64,000 nt of DNA, taken from contig LSRY02000065.1 in NCBI GenBank assembly GCA_001643675.2, positions 248,001 to 312,000 of the forward strand, read 5' to 3'. Each line of letters starts with the position of its first letter. Positions within the stretch are counted from its first letter, which is position 1. Positions 1 to 13,300 of the stretch are shown piece after piece. Position numbers and translations under genes: made by a program. Origin of the DNA: Monocercomonoides exilis PA203 (lineage: Eukaryota; Protista; Preaxostyla). The notes under the pieces are model-generated. The model ran no database searches. It was not told the origin of the DNA and saw nothing but the letters and a program-made list of their open reading frames with translations.

Positions 1-3000
1 TCTTTCTCTTTCTCTTTCTCTTTCTCTTTCTCTTTTCCTTCCATCTTCTCCTTCTTCTTTTTCATTTTTAATTTCCTTCTCAAAAAGATATTCTTCATCC
101 TCACAATTTTGTAATTTTCGTTTATTTCTCCGAACAGCCGTGTTTCGAGCGCTTCCTAAATTGGCCATTCGTGTTCGGCAGAGGATGCGGAAGAGGACGG
201 TTAAGGCTAGATCAAAAGTGGCTGTGCGGACTGTGAGTGCTGGGGGAAGGAGAGAAGAAGAAGAAGAAGAAGAAGAAGAATTAGATGATGATGATGAGCC
301 AAACAATGGAGACACCACTGCCTCGTTCATCTTCTGCACTGACTGACTCAGAAATGTCAATATCCCATCCACCCATCGTGCATCATACTCAAATGCATCT
401 TCATCCATTTCGTTTGTTTCATTTGTTTCATTAACTTCTTCCTTTTCTCTTTTATTTTGTTTATTTTGTTTATTTTTTCTTATATTTTCTTTATTTTCTG
501 TATTGTTTTTATTGTTTTCTCTTATTTTCTGTGATATTTGAGCAGATAAATTTGACATGCCATTATTTTTGACATGTACAAATCTATGGAATTCATGGGC
601 ATCTGTCAAATTTCCATTTTTATTTTTATTTTCATTTGCCTTTTTCGCTCCTTTCAAGCAATCTTCCATCAATTTGAATGAAAACTCCTTTTCTCTTTGA
701 ATTTCTTCTGTTTTGTCTAATTTTGGAGGAGACGAAAAGATCATTGCGCCATTCACAACATCCACATAGATATCTGACAGAGAAGAAGAAGAAGAAGAAG
801 AGAAAGAAGAAGAAGGAGAAGAAAAAAATGAATGAGAAGAAGGAGAGGAAGGAGAAGAAGGAGAGAAAGAAGGAGAAAATGAATGAGAAGGAGAAAAAGA
901 AGAAGTTAAGGAAGGGGAAGAAGGAAAATGATTTCTATTTGTGTCAGGATATGATATTTGAGGGAGAATGTGAGGAGAAGGAATGAAATGAGGAGGAGAA
1001 GGGTGTTCAGAAGAGGAAGAGGAAGAGGAGGAAGAGAGAGAAGAAGAAGAAGAATGAAATGAGGAAGAAGAAGAAGAAAGAGAAAGAGAAAGAGAAGAAG
1101 AAGAAAGAGAAGAAGAATTACATGAAGAGGAAGAAGAAGAGGAAGAAGAACTAGAAAGTGGATCTGAAGTGGTGAATGTGAAGGAGAAAGAAGGAGAAGG
1201 AGAAGGAGAAGAAGATGACGATGAAGGCAACGCAAAAGAAGAACTTTGAGAAGAAACCGAAATGATGGAGGAAGGAGAAGAAGGACGTGATGAGGATGGC
1301 TGTGAGTGTGATTGCGAAAGAGAAGAAGAAATCTGATGAAAAGAAAAAGAAGAAGAAGAAGAAGAAGAATGTGAAAGAGGGCGAGTCATCGAAGGCAGAT
1401 GTCTTTTTGGCGTGGAAGGCATAAAAACTGGCTCGTTTCCCTCAAAAGATGGCATTTTGAGTGGAAAAGAAAGGATTTTGGTGCGAAAGAGAGGGAACTG
1501 GAGAACAAGGTTGTTGGGGGAGAGGGAAGGAGGGAGGAAGGAGAGAAGGGGAGAAGAAGGAGAAGAAAGAGAAGAAGAATTGAATGAAGAAGAAAGAGAA
1601 AGAGAAAGAGATGGAGAAGGAGAAGAAGAAGAAGAAGATGATGATGATGATGAGGAAGAGGAGGATGAAAGAGAAGAATTAAATGAAGAGGAAGGAGGAT
1701 GAGGAGAAGAAGAAGAAGAAGAAAAATGATAAGGATGATGAAGATGAGGGCGAAGACGAGGGTTAAATCCCAATTCAGACAAGAACTGGAAGGGGGTGTG
1801 GGGGTTGTTGAGGGCAGAGAGGAGGAAGAGAAGAGTGGAAATGGAAAGGGTATCATCAATTAGAAGAGAAGAAGGGGGAGAAGGAGAAGAAGAGGAAGAG
1901 GAAGAGGAGGAATTTTGAGTAAAGGAAAAGAAATCATCAGAGGAAGGAAGGAAAGGAGAAGGAGGAGGAGAAGAAGAATTTTCAATGTTATCATTGTTTA
2001 TTAAATTTCTTTCTCCTTCTCCTTCTCTTTCTCCTTCTCTTTCTTCTCCTTCATTTCCATCTCCATCATATTCATACTCATATGTTGTATATGCTCTTCC
2101 TCTTCCTTCTCTCCCTTCTTCTCTTCCTTCTCCTTCTTCTCCAATCACCATTTCATCTTCTGTAACAACCCATCTCTTCATCGCCTTCTTCTTCATCGTC
2201 TTCTTTTGCTTATCTGCAATTTCTTCTCTTTCTTCTCTTTCTTTCTCTTTTTCTTCTTTTTGTTTATTCTTCTTCACTTTTTTGTTTTCTTTTACTTTTT
2301 CTTTCACTTTTTTGTTATTTTCCATTTCATTTTTGCTCATTTTATTGCCAATTTTGACATCTTTCCCGATTTCCGCTGTTTCACCAACCTTATTTAGTCT
2401 CCTGTCATTTTCACCCACATTTTGAAAGTTTATGCTTAAATTTGAAGGAAAGCAAAGAAAGCGAAGGAGAAGGAGAAGAAGAAGATCTTCTTGTGAATGC
2501 AAGCTGATGAGTGAATGAGACCAGAAAGAGGAAGAAGAGACGAGGAGAGGAGGAAGAGAAGAAGAAGAAGAAGAAGAAGAAAGAGAAGAAGAAGAAAGAG
2601 AAGAAGAAGAAGAATTCACCTTCCTCTCCATCGATTCGTTCCTCTTCACACTTCCAATCATCAGCATCCTCTTCACCCCTTCCACCACACACAGATCATG
2701 AAACGAATGAGAAATGGCATTTTTGACAGAAAAAGAGCATTTTGAGAGAGAAAGAAGAGAAAGAAGAAGAGAAGTTAGCATCTGAGGGGAGAAAGAAGGA
2801 AGGAAAGGAGGAAGAGAGGCAAGACGGAGGAGAGAAGGAGGAGGAGAAGAGGAGAAGGAAGAAGAAAAGGAAGAAGAGGAAGGGGAAGAAGAAGAAAGAG
2901 AAAGAGGAGGAAGAGAAGAAGAATTAAATGAAGAAGAAGAAGAAGAATAAGAATATACATATGAATTAATAATAATAATATTATTATTAATATTTCTGTT

Positions 3001-3870
3001 GAGTGTTATTCTCAATGGAGGAGGAATGGAATGCCAGAGATGAGGATGAGAACGAACAAGAGAACACACAAATGAAAGATCTGAAATATCATTTGTAGAA
3101 GAAGAAGAAGAAGAAGAAGAAGAAGAAGAAGAAGGAAATGAAGAAGAAGAGGAAGAGAAGGAAGAAGAAGAAGAAGAAGAAGAAGAAGAAAGACATGTGA
3201 AGTGAGAAGAGGAGGGTGAAGTGAATAGAGAAGAAGGAAGAGCAACAAGAGTGGTGTATCGTGGTGGAGGTTGGAATTGAAGTGGAGGAGGAAGAGAAGA
3301 AGAAGAAGAAGAAGAAGAATTCAAAAAGGAAGAAGAAGAAGAAGAAGGAGAAGAAGATGATGATGAATGAAATGGTGAATTTAATGAAGGAGAAGATGAG
3401 GAAGAAGAAGAATGCGATGTGGACTGAAGAATTGAATGTGAAGTGGAATGAGGTGGAGAAGAAGAAGAGGAAGAAGAAGAAGAAAGAAGAGATGAAGAAG
3501 ATATTTGTGCTTTGTTAGTTTGAAGTGGTTCTGGTTTTTCATTCATTTTTATTCCTTCTTCTTCTTCTTCTTCTTCTTTCTTTTCTTCTTCTTCCTCCTC
3601 TTCCTCTCCATAATTTCTCCGTTTCTCCGCCTCGAAATCTTCTCTTCTCCAACTTTCGCATTGTGTGTTCACATCCCATCCATCGTTGATGAGGCAGTTA
3701 TTCTGGGCATTTATTGTGTCTTTGACTGAAATGCCAAACATTTGGAAGAGAGGAGGAGGAAGAGGAAGAGGAGAAGAAGAAGGAAGAGAAGAAGAGGGAA
3801 AAGAAGATGATGATGAGGGAAAAGAAGGAGGAAGAGGAGAGGAAAAGGAAGAAGAAGAAGGGTAAATATG

Positions 3871-3903
<33 letters not shown>

Positions 3904-5131
3904 AGATGATGATGTAGAAACAATTGGTGAATTGGTTGGATGATTGTGCTGAGGAAGAGAAAGAGAAAGAGAAGGAGGAAGAGAAGAAGAAGAAGAAGGA
4001 AAAGAAGAAGAAGAAGAAGATGTGTATGGATGCGAAAGAGGATCAGCATGAGAAGAGGAGAGAAGAAGAGAGAGAGGAAAAGGGAACGTTGGAAGAGTCC
4101 AGAGAGGAGGAGGAAGAGGAGGAAGAGAAAGAGAAAGAGAAGGAGAAGGAGAAGAAGAAGGAGAAGGAGAAGGAGAAGAAGATGATGATGATGAAATAGA
4201 ATCATTACCATTACAATATTCATCATTTTCTTTCCTTTCTTCCTTTTCCTTCTTCTCCTCTTTCCCTTTCCCTTTTTCCTTCTCCTCTTCTTCCCTTTTT
4301 TTCTCTTCCTTTTCCTTCTTCTTCTCTTCTTCTCTTTTTTTCTCTTCCTTCTCGTTCTCCCCCACCTTCAGCAACCTTTCCATTTCTTCTTTCCCCTCGC
4401 ATTTAGACAAGATCAATTCCAGGGCATTGGGAAAAACGCACAAAGAAGAGAAAGAAGAACGAGAGAAGGAGAAAGAAAGAGAATGAGGGTGAGAAGAGAA
4501 AGAGAGGCAGGACGAGAAGGAGAAGATGAGGAGAGGAGGAAGAGGGGAGGTGAAGAGGATGGAGAGGAGGAATAAAGAGACGGAGGGGGGAAGAGGAGGA
4601 AGAGGAGGAAGAGAAGAAGAAGAAAGAGAAGAAGAAGAAGAAGAAATTATTGGTGAATTTAAGTTGGAAGAGGAAGGGGAAGTGTAAGGAAAAGAAAGAG
4701 AAGGAGAAGGAGAAGAAGAAGATGATGATGATGATGAAGGATGAGGTGAAGAGAAAAGAGAAGGAGAAGGGAAAAGAAGAAGAGGAGAGGAAGAAGAAGA
4801 AAAAGGAGAAAAAGAAGAAGAAGAAGAAGAAGAAGAAGAAGAAGAAGGTGAAGGTTTAATAGGTGTATGAAGAGGAGAAGAAACCATTTTTGCTTCATTT
4901 TCTTCGAATTTCCTCGAATTTTTTGTGAATTTTGAAGATTTTTCTGATTTTTCACTGTTTTTCTTGGTTTTTTCGCTGTTTTTTGACGAATTTTTTGAAG
5001 TTTGCTTGTTTAATTGCTTCCTCAGCTCATGAAATAACGCAAGTTGTGCGTCGCTGTTCTCTTCTTCTTCTTCTTCTTCTTCTTCTTCTTCTTCCTCCTC
5101 TTCTCCTTCTCCTTCTTCCCATTCTTCTTCC

Positions 5132-5163
<32 letters not shown>

Positions 5164-6169
5164 ATTTTCATTTTCGTCTTCTTTGTCTTTCTGTTTTCTT
5201 ATTTTTTGTTTATTTTTCCTTTGAAATTCTTTCCCCATGAATTCATCATCATCTTCTTCTTCATTCCTTCTTCTTTTTCCCTCTCCTCTTTCTCTTTCTC
5301 TTTCTCTTCCTCCTCCTCCTCCTCTTTCTTCTCCTCTTCTTTCTTCTTCTCTTCTTTCTTCTCTTCCTTCTTCTTCTTCTTCTTCTTCTTCTTCTTCACC
5401 AGCAATAGAAGACTTAGCCAATGGAGAAGGGTTCTGCTTAGCAAATTCAGAAGCAAAAGAAGGAAACAAAATGCCCTCCAACATCAGAGAAAGAGGGTCT
5501 GGTTGAATGAGAAGAGGAGGAGAAGGAGAAGAGGAAGAAGAAGGAGAAGGAGAAGAAGAAGAGGAGGAGGAAGAAGAGGAGGAAGAAGAAGAAGAAGAAG
5601 AAGAAGATAATGATGATGATGATGAAGAGGGGGGAGGAGAGAAAAATGAAGTGAAAGAAGAAGAAGAAGAAGAAGAAAGAGAAGAAGAAGAAGAAGAAGA
5701 AGAAGAAGAATAATGTAAATGTTTTCTGATGACAGCAGGAGAAGAAGGAGAGTGAGAGAGACGAGAAGGCTGAGGTGAATGCAATGGAGAAGGGATGGGC
5801 GATATGAATGGAGAGAGAGAAGAAGGAAGAGAAGAAGAAGAAGAAGAAGAAGAAGAAGAAGAAGAGAAAGAGGAGGAAGAAGAAAGAGAAAGAGAAGAAG
5901 GATGAGGAAGAGAAGAAGAAAAATATTGAGAAGAAAGAGAAGAAAGAGAAGAACTAGAATTAGCAATATCATTTGTATATCCAATGGGATATTGCCAGAA
6001 GAGTTGCATGAAAGGGAGGACAAACAAAGAAATGAGATTTTTTGCGAGGGAATACGAAAAATGAAGGCAGTTTATGCGAAATAAATCACAGACAAACAAG
6101 ACGGTGGCTGTGAAGTCAGAGAGAAGATCATCTAAGGAGAGAGAAGAGGAGGAGGAGGAAGAGGAAGAA

Positions 6170-6205
<36 letters not shown>

Positions 6206-7250
6206 GAAGAGGGAGAGGAAGGACACAGACAGGAGAAGAGGTGGGGGTTGACAATATATGAGGGTTGAGAGGAGAAAGAAGAAGAAGAAGAAGAAGAATC
6301 GAACGAGCAAGGAAATTTGCATTTCGGAGGCAGCTGGCTGGCTTTTATTGCCCTCACAATGAGTGCTGTCTGCTTTGTGACTTCTGAAGACTGCAGGAGG
6401 GGTGTGGTAGAGAGGGAATGGGCCAATGGGATTGAGGCAGCGCTCGCACTGGGATGAAGCGAGCAGCGAAACGAGCCGACGGCAGCGGCAATGTCAAGGG
6501 CGAGGAAGAGAAGATGTGTGCAGACAATGGAAAGGAAGGGGTTGCATGGATGCTCCACATAGGCAAACACATCTTCATCTTTGAGCTTCAGAATCGTCAG
6601 CAAGGTCGTGCGAGCAGCTGTGTTTATCAGCGAATCAGGATAGTTAAAAAACCTAGTTGCCAGATAAAATACTGGAAAAGAACGCTCTTTGTCATTCTAT
6701 GAAAATTTGAAATTGCTAATTAATATTAGATCAAGATAGACAGGCATACTTGGAGCACAAACAAAGGTAAATTGCTCGAGGTTATTCGAAATGATAGTGC
6801 ACGTAAAACAGAAACAAAATATGAGACGAGCTCTGAATCAGAGAAATCGTATGAGGCCAAAATCAGATCGTGAACTTTATTGTTTGATAAAAATCCAAGG
6901 AGAGTAATGTCATTCTTAATATTTTGAAGAATGATACTTAAAGATTGTAAAACATCAATTTTATATGATACATTGCATCTTGAATGAAGAATAAGTGAAA
7001 AAGCCCCCAAGACATTTTTATTCCAAAGGCTGAAAATTTTCAAATTTTTCAATAAAAGCAAAATCATTTTAATTACATACTACAAAAGAGTTCCATCTTG
7101 TGTTTTATCAATTACTAATAAGGTATGTGTTAACTGCTTCGTCACAGAAGCAAAATCTTCGTTTTTTTGTTTTCCCTTTGCAATTGATACAATCTTTTCA
7201 CAAAACTTCAAAATCTCCTCCTCCTGAGACGAAGATTCTCCTCCATTCAT
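1..7250 (-). CDS. CLEC16A: CLEC16A/TT9/gop-1-like (FPL-domain) protein with very large low-complexity insertions; 3' end lies beyond the window edge
   Basis: Exons 7250-7081, 7029-6750 and 6696-<1 with GT-AG introns. The spliced protein has KIDVLQSLSIILQNIKNDITLLGFLSNNKVHDLILASYDFSDSELVSYFVSVLRALSFRIT..FPVFYLATRFFNYPDSLINTAARTTLLTI and later LDDLLSDFTATVLFVCDLFRINC, matching recalled CLEC16A motifs. Exon 3 frame appears open to base 1: spot-checked, and the ORF track lists no closed ORF in that frame. Confidence 0.85.
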
Positions 7251-7548
7251 AGCTCAATAGGTTTGAGCTCCTTTATTGTTGAAACAAGTACTTAATTTCT
7301 CAGCAAACTCAACTTTCTCTTATGGAAACATTTGATCGTATAACTTTTCCTTTTTATTAATTGAAATTTTTTGTCTCTATATTTTTTTCATTAAATTTGT
7401 TTTATATTCACCATCTTAAATCACATCTACATTTCCGACTAACAACAAACTTCTGAAAAAATGTTCAAAAAATAGAATATTTTCATTTTCTGCATATGTT
7501 CGGAGCCAGAGAAGAGGAATAGTATTCTTCATTGAATAATGAAATGTT

Positions 7549-8331
7549 TTACAAAACAAGACCTTCAAAGCGCTGTTTGAACCAGCTGATTGCCTCTTCC
7601 TTTGTTATTCTGTGGGGTTTTCCAATTGATGATGGTGCTCTCTTGCGACGGTGAACCCTGAAGCCTGGACGTCCAAGGCACACATAGAAATCCATACCAT
7701 AGATACCTGTGTTGGGATCGTATTTCATTCCGAGATCAATGTGCTCCTGAATACCGAAGCCAAAGTTTCCGGTTGCTGAAAAGTTTCTTTTTTTCAACTG
7801 TTTAAAAGGAAATTAGAAATAAAACATTTAAGCGCGCACAATCAACAGCATAGTGATAAAGCAATCAATAAATCATTATTTGAAAACAGAAACAAATTAA
7901 AAAACCTCGAATTCTTTCACACGAAGACCAGCTTCCAAAAGTTCTTCGGCCTTCTTTCCTCTAACTGTCACATAACATGCAATCTTTTCGTTCTTTCTCA
8001 CACCAAATTGTTTAATTGTGAGTCTTGCTGAATTGAAAAGAACAAAATTTTTCAATGTTTTATTATTTTGCATTTCAGAATAATATATTTCGAACCTTTC
8101 GATTGGCATGGCTTTTGATCTGTCAATTGTTCAAGAACCTTCATGGCTTTTGTCAAACGGTCACCAGACTCTCCAACACCAATATGGAGAACAAGTTTTT
8201 CAATGCGAATTGCTTTGCATTTGTTTTGTTCAGTCCTGTGATAAAAACGGCAGACGGTTAAAATGCCGTTAATAAATGAGGATATATGTTTTATGAGAAA
8301 CAAACTTTTGTCCTGGCTTTTTCAACACCAT
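7549..8331 (-). CDS. RPL11: 60S ribosomal protein L11 (uL5), 4 exons
   Basis: [98 protein letters not shown], with three GT-AG introns. Confidence 0.97.
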
Positions 8332-8587
8332 TTTTCCTCTTCTTTTCTCGACAAAGGCGAAATGGGGATATTTAAAAGATTTTTATTTCCAATAAATGGT
8401 TCAAGATCACAAAATTTTTAAAATTTATGAGAAGCTTATTCTTAAAGATGAAAACAAAGAAAAGATAAAAAATACGAACTCATTTGAGAGTAAAAATTGT
8501 TAATTTCAAAATTTAAAAAAAAACATTTCCAATAATCATTGTAAGAAAAAGTTAAAAATTGATAATAAGAATTTTACATATTTAATT

Positions 8588-9506
8588 TCAATGAAGATGC
8601 TTTGAGAAAATGTATGCGTAGAACGTCAGATCGGGCAATCTTTCTTCCCCTTCATGGCAATCATTATCAGTTACAACAATACTTTCGCATCTCAATTCGC
8701 AGTCAAATGAAGGATCAAGAAAATGCTCTTTTCTTGTTTCCATGTCGCTATGAGAAATTATAATGTATTTTCTAAAATAAATATGGAAATGAAAGCCAAA
8801 ATTTGTTTTTAATAAAACATTATTAAGAAGACAATATCAAGTTTCTTTTCAGTTAATACTTGCGCAAACCCAAAAGGTTTCAGTACGCGCAGACAAGATT
8901 TAATTATTTGCTTTGCGTTTACATAGCTTAATTCTCCTGTTAAAGCTGAATCAAGTAATCCTTTGTCAAATACAACATCAAAGCTTGCTTCAGGAAAAGA
9001 AAGCATCCTAGCGTCCATGTACATATCTACAAAAGCAAATTTTATGATATGTGGTAATTGTTAAAAAATAATTAAAAAAAACACATGCAATGAACGCTCG
9101 GAAGCCTTTCATGAAATTCTTGAAACAAATGTTCAAAAAATGCTTTTGAATAATCGATGCAAGTTATCTTTTTATATCCTTTTGACACAAGAATTTCAGA
9201 AAATTCTGAGATTTTCATAAGTTATATTCGATTTATATTTAGAAAAAAGTTATACTCGAATTTCCGCACCCAACGTCTAATATTGAAATTTCTTTCGAAT
9301 TAAATCCATCTAAAATTTGTGCTATAAATGGATGGTATTCGAAATACCAATCAAAAGTTCCAGAAGCAGTGGAATATCTCTTATTCCAGTATTCTACATG
9401 AATAGCATAAAATATACAAAAATATTTAAAACAGTTAATTCTTTTAAGAATAAAATAAATCAAAAAATGTAGTGCCTGGATCTCCGTATTTTCTAAGTGC
9501 TTGCAT
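8588..9506 (-). CDS. Class I SAM-dependent methyltransferase, EEF1AKMT4/ECE2/METTL13-like, 5 exons
   Basis: Spliced: YGDPEYWNKRY..FDWY..ILDVGCGNS..ITCIDYS..MDARMLSFPEASFDVVFDKGLLDSAL..RVLKPFGKYIIISH. Confidence 0.88.
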
Positions 9507-9892
9507 CGCAAATAAAAATGAAATGTCTTTGTGAAATTATTCTTATGGGAGTTTTTTTATTTTTCTCAATTTTCTGTTCATTCTATTCATGTTTTTGCTT
9601 TTGCTTTTTAATTTCATTTTTAATGATATTTTTCTTATTATTATTTTACATGTTAACCCAATAAATATTTCATTTTTGACTCCAACAACTTCTCATAACA
9701 ATTCATTTTTGAAAACAAAATAAAAGTATTTGTATTCTGAAAATAAGAAAAACGCCACACAAGATTTTATTCACTCTCTCATAAAATATGGTCCAGCTGA
9801 TTTCATCAATCTTTTTTGTTTTTGAACAGTTTTAACAGAAATTTTTTTTGTATGAATAAAAAATGTTTTAATATAGTGATTATTTTATTGTA

Positions 9893-12731
9893 CCATCAGT
9901 GCTTCACACGCACCTTGGAACCAAACCCATACCCAAATAATAAAGTTTTATACACATGTTTAAGAAACGTTTTCAATTGATTTCTTCATGTTCGCTTTTA
10001 AAATATTTGAAATAACATATGAATGTTCATAAATGACGGAGAAAAAATGCTCTCCAATAGTTTAAAAATTGTTAAATATTCGTCTTCAAATAAACTTTGA
10101 ATTGTGTGTTTTCCATTGTTGCAAGAACAAAGAAAAGCAAAAACAATTATCAGTTGCATTTCTTTATTTATTTCCACGTTTTGCCGTTCCAAGTTTTTTT
10201 AATATTTGAAAAAAGATAGTGAGAAAAAGATTTCGATGACAGTGAAGAGAAACACTTTATGCTGCATTCGGTTTTCTTTTTTCTTAAATAAGGTGAATCT
10301 GCTCTAATAAAAAATAGTTTTTCCTTTTAAATATTTTTTCTTTCATCTGAATCAATTCATCCATTCGCATCATCGTTTACGATTTCATAAAAATACATTT
10401 TCTCTGTTTTCTTTCTCTCCTGTTATTAATTAACAAAGAACTTGATTAAAGAATGCTGAATTCTTTTGGAGAATGCTTCGTTTTAAATGTTGAAGGTGTC
10501 GAAGAAGCTTTGGATTTTTTAATTTCTTCATATTTGGATCGAAGACAAACAAGATGCTTTTCAGCATACTCATGTTGTTTCCTCAAATCAAAGTTATCCA
10601 AATTTTCAAAAATAACTATTGGATGTTATTCATGCACTTTAAGCAAAATAGAAAAACTTGATATGTTTGATGAAGTTGATTTTACAAAGTTTGTAATTTC
10701 TGCGGTGTTTATATCTGAAGTTTTCGATGAAACTTGGATTCTTTGCCTTTTTTGTGGAGAATAGTTTTTGAAAAAAATCCTGTCTCCAATCATGAAATAA
10801 AGAATGAAGATCTTCTTTTAATACCGATGTTTCAATCTGTGCTCCGGCAGCTCAAGAGAGAATAAGAGCTGCAGCAACAGGCCGGACTCCTGTCTTTTTG
10901 AATGATGCCTTTACTGTTGATGGAACACAAGCTGCAGCCAAGGTTTCGTGGAGAATTACTGCAAGTTGGGCTCGATTAGAAGTGAGAGGATATGGAAAAG
11001 GAATAACAAATTTGTAACTCACAGTGAATTCTAGTCGAGAAAAAACACAAAAGTCACATGGCCGAAACAAATGTGTCATATTTGGTGGGAATTTTTTTCA
11101 GAATGATGTAATTTTTTTTCTGCTTCAATTACAGTTCCGTCATTATGAGTTTATTGATTATCCATAATTAGAAGGGCTAAATGTGAACTTGTTGGTTTCA
11201 CTTTCTCTGCGATTAACGGAATTCAACAATTGATCATGATGAATTTGTATATTTCCTTCGTGATCCACCCAGAAGAGGAATTAATATAGCGGTAATCAAA
11301 TGATGAAAGAGAACGAAACTTTTTCGGGAGAGTTTTCTTTGGAAAAAGAAGAAAAAGTTGCAACGAGGATCCGTCAGTTAAGACACTCAGGTTCATCGTT
11401 TCATTCGTAACTTTTGGAGGAGTTGGAATAGCGGGAGGAGTTTAATCTTTCTAATAATTAACCAATTTTGATGAAGACTCCCCACAAGTGATTGAAAATT
11501 CATCAAAATTGAATACAAGCTCAGAAGTGATGTTGCATTCCGTTGCAGTGCTCAACAATTCCGAAAACCATCCTCTGATATTTTCTGGCGACTGATCCTT
11601 TATTTCATCAAAATCAATAGGTCTTGCAACAAATGCTTTCACTATTTCGCTGCAATGGATAAAATTGAATGCATATTTCTTATTGATCATTTTCTGTTCA
11701 TTCTTTGATTTTGAATCATTTTGAATCAGATCCAATCAATGAAAAGTTCAAAAAAGTTAAAAAAAACACGAAAATAAATATCACAAACCATGTTTTTCAT
11801 ATCACAAATTTGAATAATTGTTTTGCTTGACAAAAAACAAAAACTTGGTTTTCAATTTTTTCTAACTGGTTATCTGTGAACGTTTGTGTACGTCCATTCC
11901 TTCCAGCCTCTCTTCCTGTTTTTTCGCTTTGATCCATCTTTTTAATGCATCTTTTGAAACAACTTTAACTTTCATTGATGCTGAATATAAAACCAAAAAA
12001 AACTTTGTCGAATTGCAAATAGCTTTTTTAACGGGGATTTGATTGCAAGATATTATCATGTTGCCAGAACCCTGTGCAATTGAGGCGATGAAGGTGATTA
12101 TTAATGAAATCATAACTTTTTTCGGTGTGTTGAAAATTTTGAAAATTTCAAGAAATAGAAAATATAATTTTCATTGATATGTTTTATTCATCTCAATTGT
12201 CAAAATTGAAAATCAATGATGTGAAAAAATTACAGAGATGTTTTGAATAGAAGTTTTCACTTTTATGTGTTCATTTACAAGCATTGGAAGTGAAAATTCA
12301 AACCGAAATTTTCATTTAAAAAATTATGATTTCAAAAATAATCACCCATGTTTATTCAATCTTTTCTGTCATAAAAATTGAGAATGATCAAGTCTTTCAG
12401 AATTATCTTAATAATAATTTCTTTTAAAGACAGTTCTTTCAAAATGCATGTTTTAATGTTTGGTGACTATATAATTGATTTGTACCATTGAAATTATCAG
12501 GAAACCAAAATTTAGTAAATAATCCAATATGTGAATAAAAGAAGAAATCGCAAACTTCAGCAAGAAGAAAGCATGATGAAAAAGAACAAAATCTATTCTT
12601 TCATTATTTCTCACAATATCAATTGTTATTGATATGTTTTAACAAAAACAGTTGAAAATAAAGAAAAACAAGAGAAAGCTTAATTGAAAGGTGGCTTGTT
12701 TGGAACAAAGTTGCATGTTAAGCACCGATGG
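9893..12731 (-). mobile_element. Decayed pogo/Tigger-type (Tc1-mariner superfamily) DNA transposon with imperfect TIRs of about 35 bp
   Basis: Left end CCATCAGTGCTTCACACGCACCTTGGAACCAAAC, preceded by TA. Right end reverse complement CCATCGGTGCTTAACATGCAACTTTGTTCCAAAC. A DDE_1-type transposase relic lies inside. Confidence 0.75.
10800..11990 (-). pseudogene. DDE_1 (pogo/CENP-B-like) transposase pseudogene
   Basis: Motifs VFNFDEFSI, NSSSGWITKEIY, ALLIMDNQ*THN and FPPNMTHLFRPCDFCVF, interrupted by stops and frameshifts. Confidence 0.8.
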
Positions 12732-12829
12732 TTATTGTAATGAAAAGAACACTTGTAATGAATTTCACATTATTTTTTAGGTGAAAATCTTTTTTCTTTT
12801 ATTATTGATCAAACAATGTTGGTCAACAA

Positions 12830-13300
12830 TAAAAGCATTCAAAGAAAATTCTGAACAAAAGGATTGGAGACATTTTGGACATTAAGCAAATACCGAAAAA
12901 AGTCGAGGCAGTTTTCATCAAAACATGAATGGAAAATAGCAAAATGGAAATTATAAACCAAATAGAATTATTTGTTGAATCCGTTTTCAAAACAATGGTT
13001 ATGTCTGATTAAAAAGAACTGTTTTATGGATTAGCTTACAATTTTAAAAATATTCATGTCACGGGGATAGCACTCATTTTATTAGAGAATAAGTGAGAGG
13101 AGAGTTAATGTGTGTTTGAACCCTTCTTCACTTTATTCTCACTTTCAAACACTTACGGTGGAGACATTTTTTGTGTTTCAGTTTCTTCAGCATTCAAAAT
13201 GAGAAGCATTTGGTTTGTTTCATGTTCAACATTCTCATATGTTGGAGGAATATGTTTGCAACCATATCGAGAAACTGCTTAAAAAAAAACAGAGTAGATC
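12830..13300 (+). pseudogene. Possible highly degraded Mutator-like transposase fragment
   Basis: Only short motifs in broken frames: LFVESVFKTM (resembles TNNxxESFxK) and SCSTFSYVGGICL (SWIM-finger-like). Confidence 0.25.

Noticed and set aside
140-6702. Numerous short poly-K/E/L/F/R ORFs in the track
   Set aside because: Shadow frames of GAA/TCT repeats within the minus-strand CLEC16A-like exon.
7800-7905. Intronic snoRNA in RPL11 intron 3
   Set aside because: No convincing C/D (RUGAUGA, CUGA) or H/ACA box pair.
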